Shown here in pieces: positions 26,019 to 33,227 of a stretch of DNA of 54,117 bases. Below the pieces are notes generated by a model. That model searched no databases. It saw only the letters and a program-made list of their open reading frames with translations, and was not told where the DNA came from. Origin of the DNA: a virus. The stretch is taken from IMG/VR virus record IMGVR_UViG_3300045988_074595; one strand, written 5' to 3'. The translations under genes were made by a program, and so were the position numbers. Every line of letters begins with the position of its first letter. Within the stretch, counting starts at the first letter, position 1.

Positions 26019-27358
26019 CATTGATTAAAGATTTTAAAAATATTGTAGCAGCTAACATCCAACGTGATGGAATTGATAACCTAATGGATTGGGTTGAAAA
26101 TGAGACAGACTTCTTTACTGCTCCAGCTAGCACACGTTATCACGGATCTTACGAAGGTGGATTGTTGGAACATTCACTTAATGTTTACAATCGACTTGTG
26201 TTTGAAATGAACACAGTAATTGGGGAAGGTTGGGAAGAAATTTACTCACCTGAAACTATTGCTATTGTAGCTTTGTTCCACGACCTTTGCAAAATTGATC
26301 GTTATGTACTTACTGAAAAATGGCGTAAGGACGAGGACGGACAATGGGAAGCTTACGATGCTTACGATTACAACAAAGAAAAAGCTGAAATGGGACACGG
26401 AGCTCAGTCAGTTTACTACCTTCAAAAATTTATTCAGCTTACTGAAATTGAAGCTCAGGCTATTTACTGGCACATGGGAGCTTATGATATTAGTCCTTAT
26501 TCATCTTTGGCTAATTGTAGTGAAACCTTTAAATGGAACCCACTTGCATTTTTAGTTCACCGTGCGGATATGGCAGCTACTTACATTACTGAAAACGAAG
26601 CTTTTGATTTTGCTAAACCTGTCGAAGCTGAAGATGTTGTAGACGAGGAACAGGACGAACCTGTTGAAGAAAAACCTGTACGTAAATCACGTCGAACAAA
26701 ACAAGCTGACACTGAAGAAGCTGAGGAGGAAGAAAAACCTAAACGCACACGCGCAGCTCGTCGTTCGCGTAAAGTGAAAGAAGCTGAAACTGAAGCAGCT
26801 GACGCAGTTAAAGAAGTCGAAGAGGAAAAACCTACTCGTCGCCGTTCACGTCGTGCTAAAAAAGAGGACGTAGCGGAAGACACAGCAGAGGAAAAACCTG
26901 CTCGTATTACTCGTCGACGTAAAAAACAGGAAGAGGTAGCGCAGGACGAGGAGCCAGAGGTAGCTGAAGAAGAACCTAAATCTAAAATCCGTATGCCTCG
27001 TAAAGGCCGCAAAGTTGAGGCTAAAGAAGAACCTAAAACTTACTATTTCTATAGTGAGGAAGAGGACGTATATTACAAGTCTACTGAAAATGAACCTAAC
27101 AACGACAATGACATTTTAGTAGACGAACAAGAATACTTGGATGCAATGTGTCCGGTACTTGAAGAAGACTTCTTCTATAAATTGGACGGACAAGCTCACG
27201 TACTTCGTGCAGGTGAACGCTTGCCTGAAGAGTACGACGAAGATACATGGGAACCTATCACAGAGAAGGAGTATGATAAGCTAACTGCGGATTCTGAAAA
27301 AACTGTAGTACGAGCTTCTCGTAAAAAACCAACTCCATCTCGTCGCCCACGTAAATAA
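26015..27358 (+). CDS. HD-domain phosphohydrolase with a long E/K/R-rich tandem-repeat C-terminal extension
   Basis: RYHGSYEGGLLEHSLNV and LFHDLCK (HD motif), followed by five EEKP-x-R-x-RR-x-K units. Confidence 0.8.
   Translation: MTLIKDFKNIVAANIQRDGIDNLMDWVENETDFFTAPASTRYHGSYEGGLLEHSLNVYNRLVFEMNTVIGEGWEEIYSPETIAIVALFHDLCKIDRYVLTEKWRKDEDGQWEAYDAYDYNKEKAEMGHGAQSVYYLQKFIQLTEIEAQAIYWHMGAYDISPYSSLANCSETFKWNPLAFLVHRADMAATYITENEAFDFAKPVEAEDVVDEEQDEPVEEKPVRKSRRTKQADTEEAEEEEKPKRTRAARRSRKVKEAETEAADAVKEVEEEKPTRRRSRRAKKEDVAEDTAEEKPARITRRRKKQEEVAQDEEPEVAEEEPKSKIRMPRKGRKVEAKEEPKTYYFYSEEEDVYYKSTENEPNNDNDILVDEQEYLDAMCPVLEEDFFYKLDGQAHVLRAGERLPEEYDEDTWEPITEKEYDKLTADSEKTVVRASRKKPTPSRRPRK
26660..27015 (+). 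repeat. degenerate tandem coding repeats (GARGAAAAACCT... units) inside the HD-protein gene
   Basis: EEKPVRKSRRTKQ / EEKPKRTRAARRSRKV / EEKPTRRRSRRAKK / EEKPARITRRRKKQ / EEPKSKIRMPRKGRKV. Confidence 0.8.
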
Positions 27359-27372
27359 GGAAGGATTGAACA

Positions 27373-27783
27373 ATGAACACAGTTAAAGACACAGAAGTAA
27401 TTTATGACGCAGAGTTTGGCAGCAACGAAACCGGTAAAGCGGTACGAGTGCAAGCTACAGCTACTAATTTTAGTGAAGCTAGGGAAGCTCTTATGGAACG
27501 TGTTATAAACGAAGGAGACTCTTCACTTGTAAATGTATTAGGTTATATCGACTATTTAGAGTCAAGTTTAGATGAAGTTGTTGCAGCTGCTCAAGTTAGA
27601 CAAGCTCATATTGAAATTCTTCTTGAAACTGTTCAAGAAATTGCTCAACGTGAAGAAGTTCCTGCACAAGTTAGAAAATGGTTGAACAAAATGGCAGGAG
27701 CAGATCAACTAGCTAACTTGCTTCTACAGAACGAAGAAGCTGCTGAACTATTTATGAACGTGGTAGGTGAGGACAATGAGTAA
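27373..27783 (+). CDS. hypothetical acidic protein
   Basis: 136 aa, RBS aaggaagg. No recognisable motif. Confidence 0.6.
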   Translation: MNTVKDTEVIYDAEFGSNETGKAVRVQATATNFSEAREALMERVINEGDSSLVNVLGYIDYLESSLDEVVAAAQVRQAHIEILLETVQEIAQREEVPAQVRKWLNKMAGADQLANLLLQNEEAAELFMNVVGEDNE

Positions 27784-28072
27784 AGTTGTTACCACTTGGA
27801 CATTCGAATACCACAACGATCCTAAACCCGTTACCGTTCAAACAGTTCACAAGGATGTTGATGCCTATAATAAAGCATTTAGCAAGGCAATGCAAAAACT
27901 TAACCCTGCTCATGTCGTATCGAACAAATACATTCAGTTAACACCTTTTAACGAAGATCCTAACGCAGAGGAACTAGTAGTGGATCTAGTTATTAGCTTG
28001 GACGAACTGAAAGCTGTTCGAACTAAGTGCAGAGTAATTGAGGAGGTACCTAATATTGAGGGAAGCCGTTAG
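27767..28072 (+). CDS. hypothetical protein
   Basis: 101 aa, overlaps its neighbours. No recognisable motif. Confidence 0.55.
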   Translation: MRTMSKVVTTWTFEYHNDPKPVTVQTVHKDVDAYNKAFSKAMQKLNPAHVVSNKYIQLTPFNEDPNAEELVVDLVISLDELKAVRTKCRVIEEVPNIEGSR

Positions 28073-28445
28073 AGTAATTACTAAAAAAGTGGATGCTTTT
28101 AGACAGGATTATATTAAAGCAAAAGCTCGTATTAGTGTACTTAAAGCATCTCCTACACAGGATACTGAAGTCGAATTGAGTTACTTGGAAAATTATGTTC
28201 ACTGTATAGATGATATGGTTGAAGCTTTTCCTGAAACACAAAGGGAAGTCGTTAAACTATCAATTTTAGGTGACTTACCTCTAACTAAAGTAGCACTTGA
28301 AATTGGGTACCACTATACTTGGGCATTAGAGTTGCGACATAGGGCAGTCCAAACACTTGAAGAAGTTTTAGATCCTGAAAAAGTTATCAGTTCTTCACTT
28401 GGCAAACAGATTGAACAAGTTTTGAAAGAACACGCGCAAAAGTAA
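28056..28445 (+). CDS. ArpU/RinA-like or sigma region-4-like transcriptional regulator (candidate late activator)
   Basis: C-terminal QREVVKLSILGDLPLTKVALEIGYHYTWALELRHRAVQTLEEVL. TTG 28056 lies 9 nt after GAGGAGG. The ORF track begins at TTG 28038. Confidence 0.55.
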   Translation: MREAVRVITKKVDAFRQDYIKAKARISVLKASPTQDTEVELSYLENYVHCIDDMVEAFPETQREVVKLSILGDLPLTKVALEIGYHYTWALELRHRAVQTLEEVLDPEKVISSSLGKQIEQVLKEHAQK

Positions 28446-28454
28446 TGTTATAAT
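28446..28454 (+). promoter_or_regulatory. extended -10 promoter element TGtTATAAT
   Basis: Read directly, 47 nt upstream of TTG 28501. Confidence 0.45.
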
Positions 28455-28500
28455 AAGGGTACTGATTAGGTCAGTATCCTTTAATTGTTAGGAGGTTTAT

Positions 28501-28842
28501 TTGACTAAATTTATACCTACAAGACATGCTAGTCGTAGGCAGGAAAATAAGGTAGCTAAGGCACTTGGCGGCAAAGTACAGGCTAATAGCGGGGCTACGG
28601 ACTTTAATAAAGGTGATGTAACTGTAGACGACTTAAGTTTACTAATTGAATGTAAAACAGTTATGAAACCTCAAAAGTCGGTAAGTGTTAAAAAAGAATG
28701 GTTTTTGAAAAACGAACAAGAAAAGTTCGCAAGTCGCAAAGATTATTCAGCTCTTGTGTTTGATTTTGGAGACAACGCAGAGCAGTATATAGCAATGGAC
28801 TTACGAACGTTTAATCGCATATTAAATGATTTAAAGGAGTAG
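28501..28842 (+). CDS. small PD-(D/E)XK-type nuclease (resolvase-like)
   Basis: TTG start after aggagg. GDVTVDDLSLLIECK fits a D...E-x-K catalytic motif. Confidence 0.5.
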   Translation: MTKFIPTRHASRRQENKVAKALGGKVQANSGATDFNKGDVTVDDLSLLIECKTVMKPQKSVSVKKEWFLKNEQEKFASRKDYSALVFDFGDNAEQYIAMDLRTFNRILNDLKE

Positions 28843-28847
28843 TATAA

Positions 28848-29186
28848 ATGACACAAGAACAACCTAAACTAATTACAATTACAGGTACAGGTGAAGTTAT
28901 TACTTACAATTTAGAGCACGTAAACAATACTTATTTAGATGTTACTGACTTGGATCCTGTAGTACTGGACAATGTAATTGAACTTGTTAAACGTAGCCGA
29001 GTGGGTGTTCATAAGTACGGCACCGATTTGGAACACAATAATGAGGATGACTTTTTGCAGCACGCAAAAGAGGAGGCGTTGGATTTCGCTAATTACCTTA
29101 CCAAAATGCAGCATCAAAAAGGACGCAGTGTATTTGGACAGGTAGATGTTGAACCTCTCAAAAACCCGCTAAAATTTGACAAATAA
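28848..29186 (+). CDS. MazG-like/dNTP pyrophosphohydrolase-like small protein
   Basis: HKYGTDLEHNNEDDFLQHAKEEALDFANYLTKM resembles the all-alpha NTP-PPase motif. Confidence 0.4.
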   Translation: MTQEQPKLITITGTGEVITYNLEHVNNTYLDVTDLDPVVLDNVIELVKRSRVGVHKYGTDLEHNNEDDFLQHAKEEALDFANYLTKMQHQKGRSVFGQVDVEPLKNPLKFDK

Positions 29187-29194
29187 CGACACTT

Positions 29195-29224
29195 AAAAAG
29201 GACTTCCATTGAAGCCCTTTTCTT
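29195..29224. terminator. bidirectional terminator between convergent genes
   Basis: aaaaaggacttc-cat-tgaagcccttttc: a 9-bp stem with one mismatch, an A-run on one side and a T-run on the other. Confidence 0.6.
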
Positions 29225-29229
29225 ATTAC

Positions 29230-29451
29230 TTATTTAACTGTAATAACTACGATTTTGTCTTCGTCAATTCCAAAGTCTTCTCCGCTCATATGAGCCCATT
29301 CTAAAACTACACTGTTTGCAATTGCTGCGATGTTTTTAACTTGTTCAAAGTTACCTTCAGCTACTACCGCATCATCTGCTACTACCACTGCGTAGTCAGC
29401 TTTGATAAGTTTTTCGAATCCGTTTGATTTTTTCATTTCGTTAAGTTTCAT
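29230..29451 (-). CDS. hypothetical small acidic protein; the only minus-strand gene
   Basis: The real start is the ATG at 29451, 8 nt after AAGGAG on the minus strand. 73 aa (MKLNEMKKSNGFEKLIK...DEDKIVVITVK). It has its own copy of the early promoter. The 122-aa track ORF over-extends into the promoter. Confidence 0.65.
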   Translation of the reverse strand: MKLNEMKKSNGFEKLIKADYAVVVADDAVVAEGNFEQVKNIAAIANSVVLEWAHMSGEDFGIDEDKIVVITVK

Positions 29452-29487
29452 TGTTTTATCTCCTTTGTATCTCTTACTTACAATTAT

Positions 29488-29516
29488 ATTATATAGTAAT
29501 ACGGATATTTTGTCTA
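29488..29516 (-). promoter_or_regulatory. early promoter copy 3 (inverted orientation)
   Basis: The minus strand reads TAGACA, 17 nt, TATAAT within ccgtattactatataatata. Confidence 0.65.
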
Positions 29517-29591
29517 CCCTTTTCGAACATTTTTTTGAAAAAGTTGAATATTTTTTTTGAAAAAAAAAGTGAATATTTTTACGCAAACCTA

Positions 29592-29620
29592 TTGACATTC
29601 TATCCGTATTACTATATAAT
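29592..29620 (+). promoter_or_regulatory. early promoter copy 4
   Basis: TTGACA, 17 nt, TATAAT. The 70-nt block 29591-29660 differs at 1 nt from 31154-31223. Confidence 0.75.
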
Positions 29621-29654
29621 ATACTTGTAAGAAAGATGAAGGAGAACTAAAACA

Positions 29655-30098
29655 ATGAACATTATTTGGAACAGAACTTCACGAAAAGGAATCGAAAACG
29701 AAGATCCTAACAAAGTAGTCAATGGTGTAGCTACTTACAAATATGTAGTAATTGAAGGTCAAGTAACAATATTTGCAGCAGCTTTGGGTAAGAAATATGT
29801 TACACGTGAGCTTGAAGATGAAATCAAAGAACGTGTGTTAGCAGAAATTGACAACGACTTACAACAAAATGAGGACGTAGCTGACGAGGTAGCTAACGAT
29901 GTAGACACAAAGTTACTAAGCAAGTTGCCTAAAAAGGTTCAGCCTTTAGTAGAAGCTTTGTATAAAGATAGTGAAGGTTATTGGATCCATTTAGTACTAA
30001 CTCACTTGTTTGTTAGTACAGACGCTCACACAGAGCATGCTTTAACACTAGCTGAGTTAAGAAAAGCTTGTGGTAAGGCCAACATTGCGGAGGTGTAA
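29655..30098 (+). CDS. hypothetical early protein
   Basis: First ORF after promoter copy 4. 147 aa with an acidic centre. Confidence 0.65.
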   Translation: MNIIWNRTSRKGIENEDPNKVVNGVATYKYVVIEGQVTIFAAALGKKYVTRELEDEIKERVLAEIDNDLQQNEDVADEVANDVDTKLLSKLPKKVQPLVEALYKDSEGYWIHLVLTHLFVSTDAHTEHALTLAELRKACGKANIAEV

Positions 30099-30099
30099 T

Positions 30100-30414
30100 A
30101 TGTTACTATATCACGCTACGGACCTAAAGAACATGGGCAGTATAGATGAAAACGGGCTAAAAGCTCGAGGAGGGTTTGTATTTCTAGCTGAGGACGCAGA
30201 TTTAGCAGCAGCGTTTTTACTACTACGAGGTGTTAAACAGGTCATTGCTATAGCAGTGGACTTACCCAATGAGGATTTAGAGGAGTCTTTCGATCATAAC
30301 GAGGAAATGTTTAAACGTATTACAAAATTAGATTCGTGTAGGTGCTACACTTGTCCACACGACATTGGTCCTGAATGTATTGATTGGCCTCAAAGCAGAG
30401 TTTATCAGTTTTAG
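30100..30414 (+). CDS. hypothetical protein with ADP-ribosyltransferase / Tpt1(KptA) NAD-lobe-like N-terminal pattern
   Basis: ATG 30100 lies 6 nt after GGAGG. MLLYHATDLKNMGSIDENGLKARGGFVFLAEDADLAAAFLLLRG... parallels LYHGT...I...GL...VHLS.D...A..VG.R. The track ORF starts at GTG 30070. Confidence 0.45.
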   Translation: MLLYHATDLKNMGSIDENGLKARGGFVFLAEDADLAAAFLLLRGVKQVIAIAVDLPNEDLEESFDHNEEMFKRITKLDSCRCYTCPHDIGPECIDWPQSRVYQF

Positions 30415-30423
30415 GAGGTTGGC

Positions 30424-30630
30424 ATGGACAAGCTATTTAAAATTGTAGACGTTAAGGATGTTAACGTCATTAGAAACTCCATTGAGTATGTGATGGAGGG
30501 TGAGGACATTGTAGGGTTCAATGGACTAGGATTTGACCTGTTACCTATAGTCGCACGAAACGGCAAAGCGTGTGTATTAGATAGACAGGTACTTATAGAG
30601 CAAGCAGAAACGGAGCTAAGAAATGACTAA
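30424..30630 (+). CDS. hypothetical protein
   Basis: 68 aa, RBS aggagg. Confidence 0.55.
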   Translation: MDKLFKIVDVKDVNVIRNSIEYVMEGEDIVGFNGLGFDLLPIVARNGKACVLDRQVLIEQAETELRND

Positions 30631-30856
30631 AGAATGTTACTATTGTAGTGAGAAAGCAAAAGCTAAATACACAGTTGACGGAAAGGTCTTCTGTTCAAAA
30701 GAATGTGCAGAGGATTTAGGGTATGCGTGGTCTAACAAATATAAGAAACTACTAAAAGACGCAGAGCCCTGTGCGTGCTGCTGTGATTGGTTCCCTAACA
30801 TTGAACTTGAGGAAGGTGCTGACGGAGACTTATACTGTCCGGACTGTTTAGAATAG
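30623..30856 (+). CDS. cysteine-rich zinc-binding small protein
   Basis: CYYC...CSKEC...CACCC...CPDC: 11 Cys in 77 aa. Confidence 0.6.
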   Translation: MTKECYYCSEKAKAKYTVDGKVFCSKECAEDLGYAWSNKYKKLLKDAEPCACCCDWFPNIELEEGADGDLYCPDCLE

Positions 30857-30869
30857 TAGGAGGTTTGAA

Positions 30870-31082
30870 ATGGTATTTAAACTTGTTAAAAGTACTACAG
30901 AGCTTAAAGCAGGGGACATACTAAGATCCGGATACGGATTGTGGTATAAGGTATTACAAGTAGATACAACTGGAGCAGTTGTAAGGCAACTCGGAAAGGA
31001 CACTAACGTACTATTTACAGACAACCAACTACGCAGGGACGCATATAGCAGGATTATGCTGTCAGACAATTACGAAGACTAG
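30870..31082 (+). CDS. hypothetical protein
   Basis: 70 aa, RBS aggagg. Confidence 0.55.
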   Translation: MVFKLVKSTTELKAGDILRSGYGLWYKVLQVDTTGAVVRQLGKDTNVLFTDNQLRRDAYSRIMLSDNYED

Positions 31083-31108
31083 GTTCAGTTATTACTGAAC
31101 TTTTTTTT
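31083..31108 (+). terminator. rho-independent terminator
   Basis: Stem gttcagt / actgaac with loop tatt, followed by a T8 run. Confidence 0.75.
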
Positions 31109-31154
31109 ATTGAAAAAAAAATCAAAAAAAAACTCGAAAAAGTTCGATAAGGTG

Positions 31155-31183
31155 ATTGACATTCTATCCGTATTACTATATAA
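31155..31183 (+). promoter_or_regulatory. early promoter copy 5
   Basis: TTGACA, 17 nt, TATAAT. Near-identical to copy 4 through the ATGAAC start. Confidence 0.75.
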
Positions 31184-31218
31184 TATACTTGTAAGAAAGA
31201 TAAAGGAGAACTAAAACA

Positions 31219-31494
31219 ATGAACGTAAAAGAATTTAAACAAATGGTCGGAACAGGAGCTTGGGTAATGCTGGCAATGGACTGGGAAGGTGACGCTGTTA
31301 TAGTATACGAAGGTAAAGCAAAATTTATCCCAGCCAAATACTTGGAAATGAATGTTTTCTTAAAAGCCCAAGTAGACGAACAAGACGAATTTAGTGAAGA
31401 AGTTGTAGAAGCAATGGACGCTGAGGTTGATGCTTATGAAGAATTAGTTGGACGGGATTACGAACTTGAAATTTGGAAAGTTTATATTAACTAA
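31219..31494 (+). CDS. hypothetical strongly acidic early protein (DNA-mimic-like composition)
   Basis: 91 aa. The C-terminal half, DEQDEFSEEVVEAMDAEVDAYEELVGRDYELE, is highly acidic. First gene after an early promoter. Confidence 0.6.
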   Translation: MNVKEFKQMVGTGAWVMLAMDWEGDAVIVYEGKAKFIPAKYLEMNVFLKAQVDEQDEFSEEVVEAMDAEVDAYEELVGRDYELEIWKVYIN

Positions 31495-31513
31495 GTAATA
31501 CAAGGAGAATTAA

Positions 31514-31843
31514 ATGACAAAGTTACTAAACAACGGAAAATATAAATTTATGGAGGTTAAGACCATACCCCTTGGGTATAAGGTATGGTCAATACCTTCA
31601 ATTGGAGTTGGGAACATCCCTTTATGTAAGGGTACTTCTCAAAAAGTAGACACGGACAGCTTACTTTATATCAAAGTAACGCCGGAAGAGTGGGAGTTGC
31701 TAAGACATGCCGCAGGACGTGGGATCAACGATCGTGCCTCTTGTCAAAGAGCATATAACTATAAACGTAGAGGTCCTATTAGTGACTTTAAACGTAAAAT
31801 CGCAGGCAACACAATTAACATCTTCAAAAAATATTCGAAATAA
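31514..31843 (+). CDS. hypothetical basic protein
   Basis: 109 aa, RBS aaggag. Confidence 0.55.
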   Translation: MTKLLNNGKYKFMEVKTIPLGYKVWSIPSIGVGNIPLCKGTSQKVDTDSLLYIKVTPEEWELLRHAAGRGINDRASCQRAYNYKRRGPISDFKRKIAGNTINIFKKYSK

Positions 31844-31858
31844 CAAAGGAGTTTAACT

Positions 31859-31924
31859 ATGTTAGTTTTAGCAAGTATGGTCGTCCTCGTATTGACTTTG
31901 GATTATGGGAAATTTTACTATTAG
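31859..31924 (+). CDS. possible 21-aa hydrophobic micro-protein
   Basis: AAGGAG lies 8 nt upstream of ATG 31859. Sequence MLVLASMVVLVLTLDYGKFYY. It fills an otherwise empty 96-nt gap. Confidence 0.35.
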   Translation: MLVLASMVVLVLTLDYGKFYY

Positions 31925-31939
31925 GGAGGAACAATAATA

Positions 31940-32146
31940 ATGAACAGTGAACCTATTTACGCAAAGGGTGTCAAGCACACACCTCTTACCTTTTCACAAC
32001 AGGCTACAAACTATGTAGCACTTGGAACACTGAACGAGGCAGTTTACTATGATTATCTTGCACAACGTTTTAATAGCATGGTATGTGCAGCTTACGCTAC
32101 GCAGTTAAGAAAACAGTCTGCGCGTGTCATTGGAGGTGTTAACTAA
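31940..32146 (+). CDS. hypothetical protein
   Basis: 68 aa, RBS gggagg. Confidence 0.55.
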   Translation: MNSEPIYAKGVKHTPLTFSQQATNYVALGTLNEAVYYDYLAQRFNSMVCAAYATQLRKQSARVIGGVN

Positions 32147-32388
32147 TGCAGTTTAGGGTAGAAAGTGTTAAGTTTAGTCAGGACATGACGTTAGGGTACA
32201 AAGCATACTTTCATGCGTTTGCTAACGCCCACGGAAAGCTAATGAGTGACGTACATAAGGGTTACTCTTATGTATTAGTTAACTTTGAAAACATGGAACA
32301 GATCGAACAATTTATTCGGGATACAAAATGTTCAGTTCAAATCAATCCAACTAATACAATGTATATTGTAGACGACTATATGGAGTAA
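32146..32388 (+). CDS. hypothetical protein
   Basis: 80 aa. Its start overlaps the upstream stop (TAATG). Confidence 0.55.
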   Translation: MQFRVESVKFSQDMTLGYKAYFHAFANAHGKLMSDVHKGYSYVLVNFENMEQIEQFIRDTKCSVQINPTNTMYIVDDYME

Positions 32389-32393
32389 CTGTT

Positions 32394-33023
32394 ATGCCAG
32401 TATCAAAAAAGCGGAAAAACATAAAGCACAAACACCGGAAACACGGACCAGTTCAGGTTATCAAAAATAGTCCAGTTATCCTAATTCGAAAAATAACAAT
32501 TAAGTACCTGCCGGAGTTGGACTTGTTTCAAGTTTACTTGGACATGATGATGAACGCAGCAAATCTTCGAATGTTAGGTAACATTGACCCGGATAAATCT
32601 TATATAAAAGGTATCCGAATCTATAATAACAATCCGCAGCGCTGGATGACGTGTAACGACGTTTCATTAAGAAAAGACCATGCACCAGGTATCTTTAGTG
32701 TATTAAAAGCCTATGTTCATACTATAGGAGACTTACTCGACGAAGGAGCTGAATATGAAGATTTGCCGGAAGGTCAAATATACAAACACGGTAAATTGTT
32801 CAGCGATAGGGAGTGTTTAGAGTTATATCAAAATGTAGAAAGGGCACAGAATATGAAATGCGCAAAATGTGGGTCAACTAACATTGGTCGAACTATGAAA
32901 TACACAGGTACCTTTATTGAAACCCAGTTCGGCGAAACATTGCCAGGAACTTTAAAAGCAGTACCAAGTGGTAAATGGTGGAGATGCTTAGAGTGTAACA
33001 ACCAAGTAAAAGAAATTAAATAA
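32394..33023 (+). CDS. hypothetical protein with basic N-terminus and C-terminal zinc ribbon
   Basis: MPVSKKRKNIKHKHRKHGP...; CAKCGS...(x32)...CLECNN. Confidence 0.6.
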   Translation: MPVSKKRKNIKHKHRKHGPVQVIKNSPVILIRKITIKYLPELDLFQVYLDMMMNAANLRMLGNIDPDKSYIKGIRIYNNNPQRWMTCNDVSLRKDHAPGIFSVLKAYVHTIGDLLDEGAEYEDLPEGQIYKHGKLFSDRECLELYQNVERAQNMKCAKCGSTNIGRTMKYTGTFIETQFGETLPGTLKAVPSGKWWRCLECNNQVKEIK

Positions 33024-33033
33024 AGCAAGAAAT

Positions 33034-33070
33034 GTTCAGTAATTAAAACCTACTGAACTTTTTTATTTTC
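33034..33070 (+). terminator. rho-independent terminator closing the accessory block
   Basis: Stem gttcagta / tactgaac with a 9-nt loop, followed by ttttttatttt. Confidence 0.75.
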
Positions 33071-33227
33071 CAACTAAAACAATACTAATAGACATATAGA
33101 AAACAACCAAAAATGCGCAGAAAAGATACACATACACCCATCTAACTATACTAAAACATAACTAATACAAAACCTAAACAAAACCTTATAGATAAAGGAT
33201 CCAAATAAAAAATGCGCAATGTAAAGA

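Noticed and set aside
26581-27012. 143-aa Ser/Arg-rich minus-strand ORF
   Set aside because: It is the antisense shadow of the EEKP...RRR repeat region of the HD protein gene. It has no RBS.
29452-29598. N-terminal extension of the minus-strand ORF to 122 aa
   Set aside because: The extension reads through the divergent promoter and T-run region. A strong AAGGAG-N8-ATG defines the start at 29451.
31054-31242. 62-aa minus-strand ORF
   Set aside because: It spans the 31083 terminator and the early promoter cassette, and is a shadow of A/T-rich regulatory DNA.
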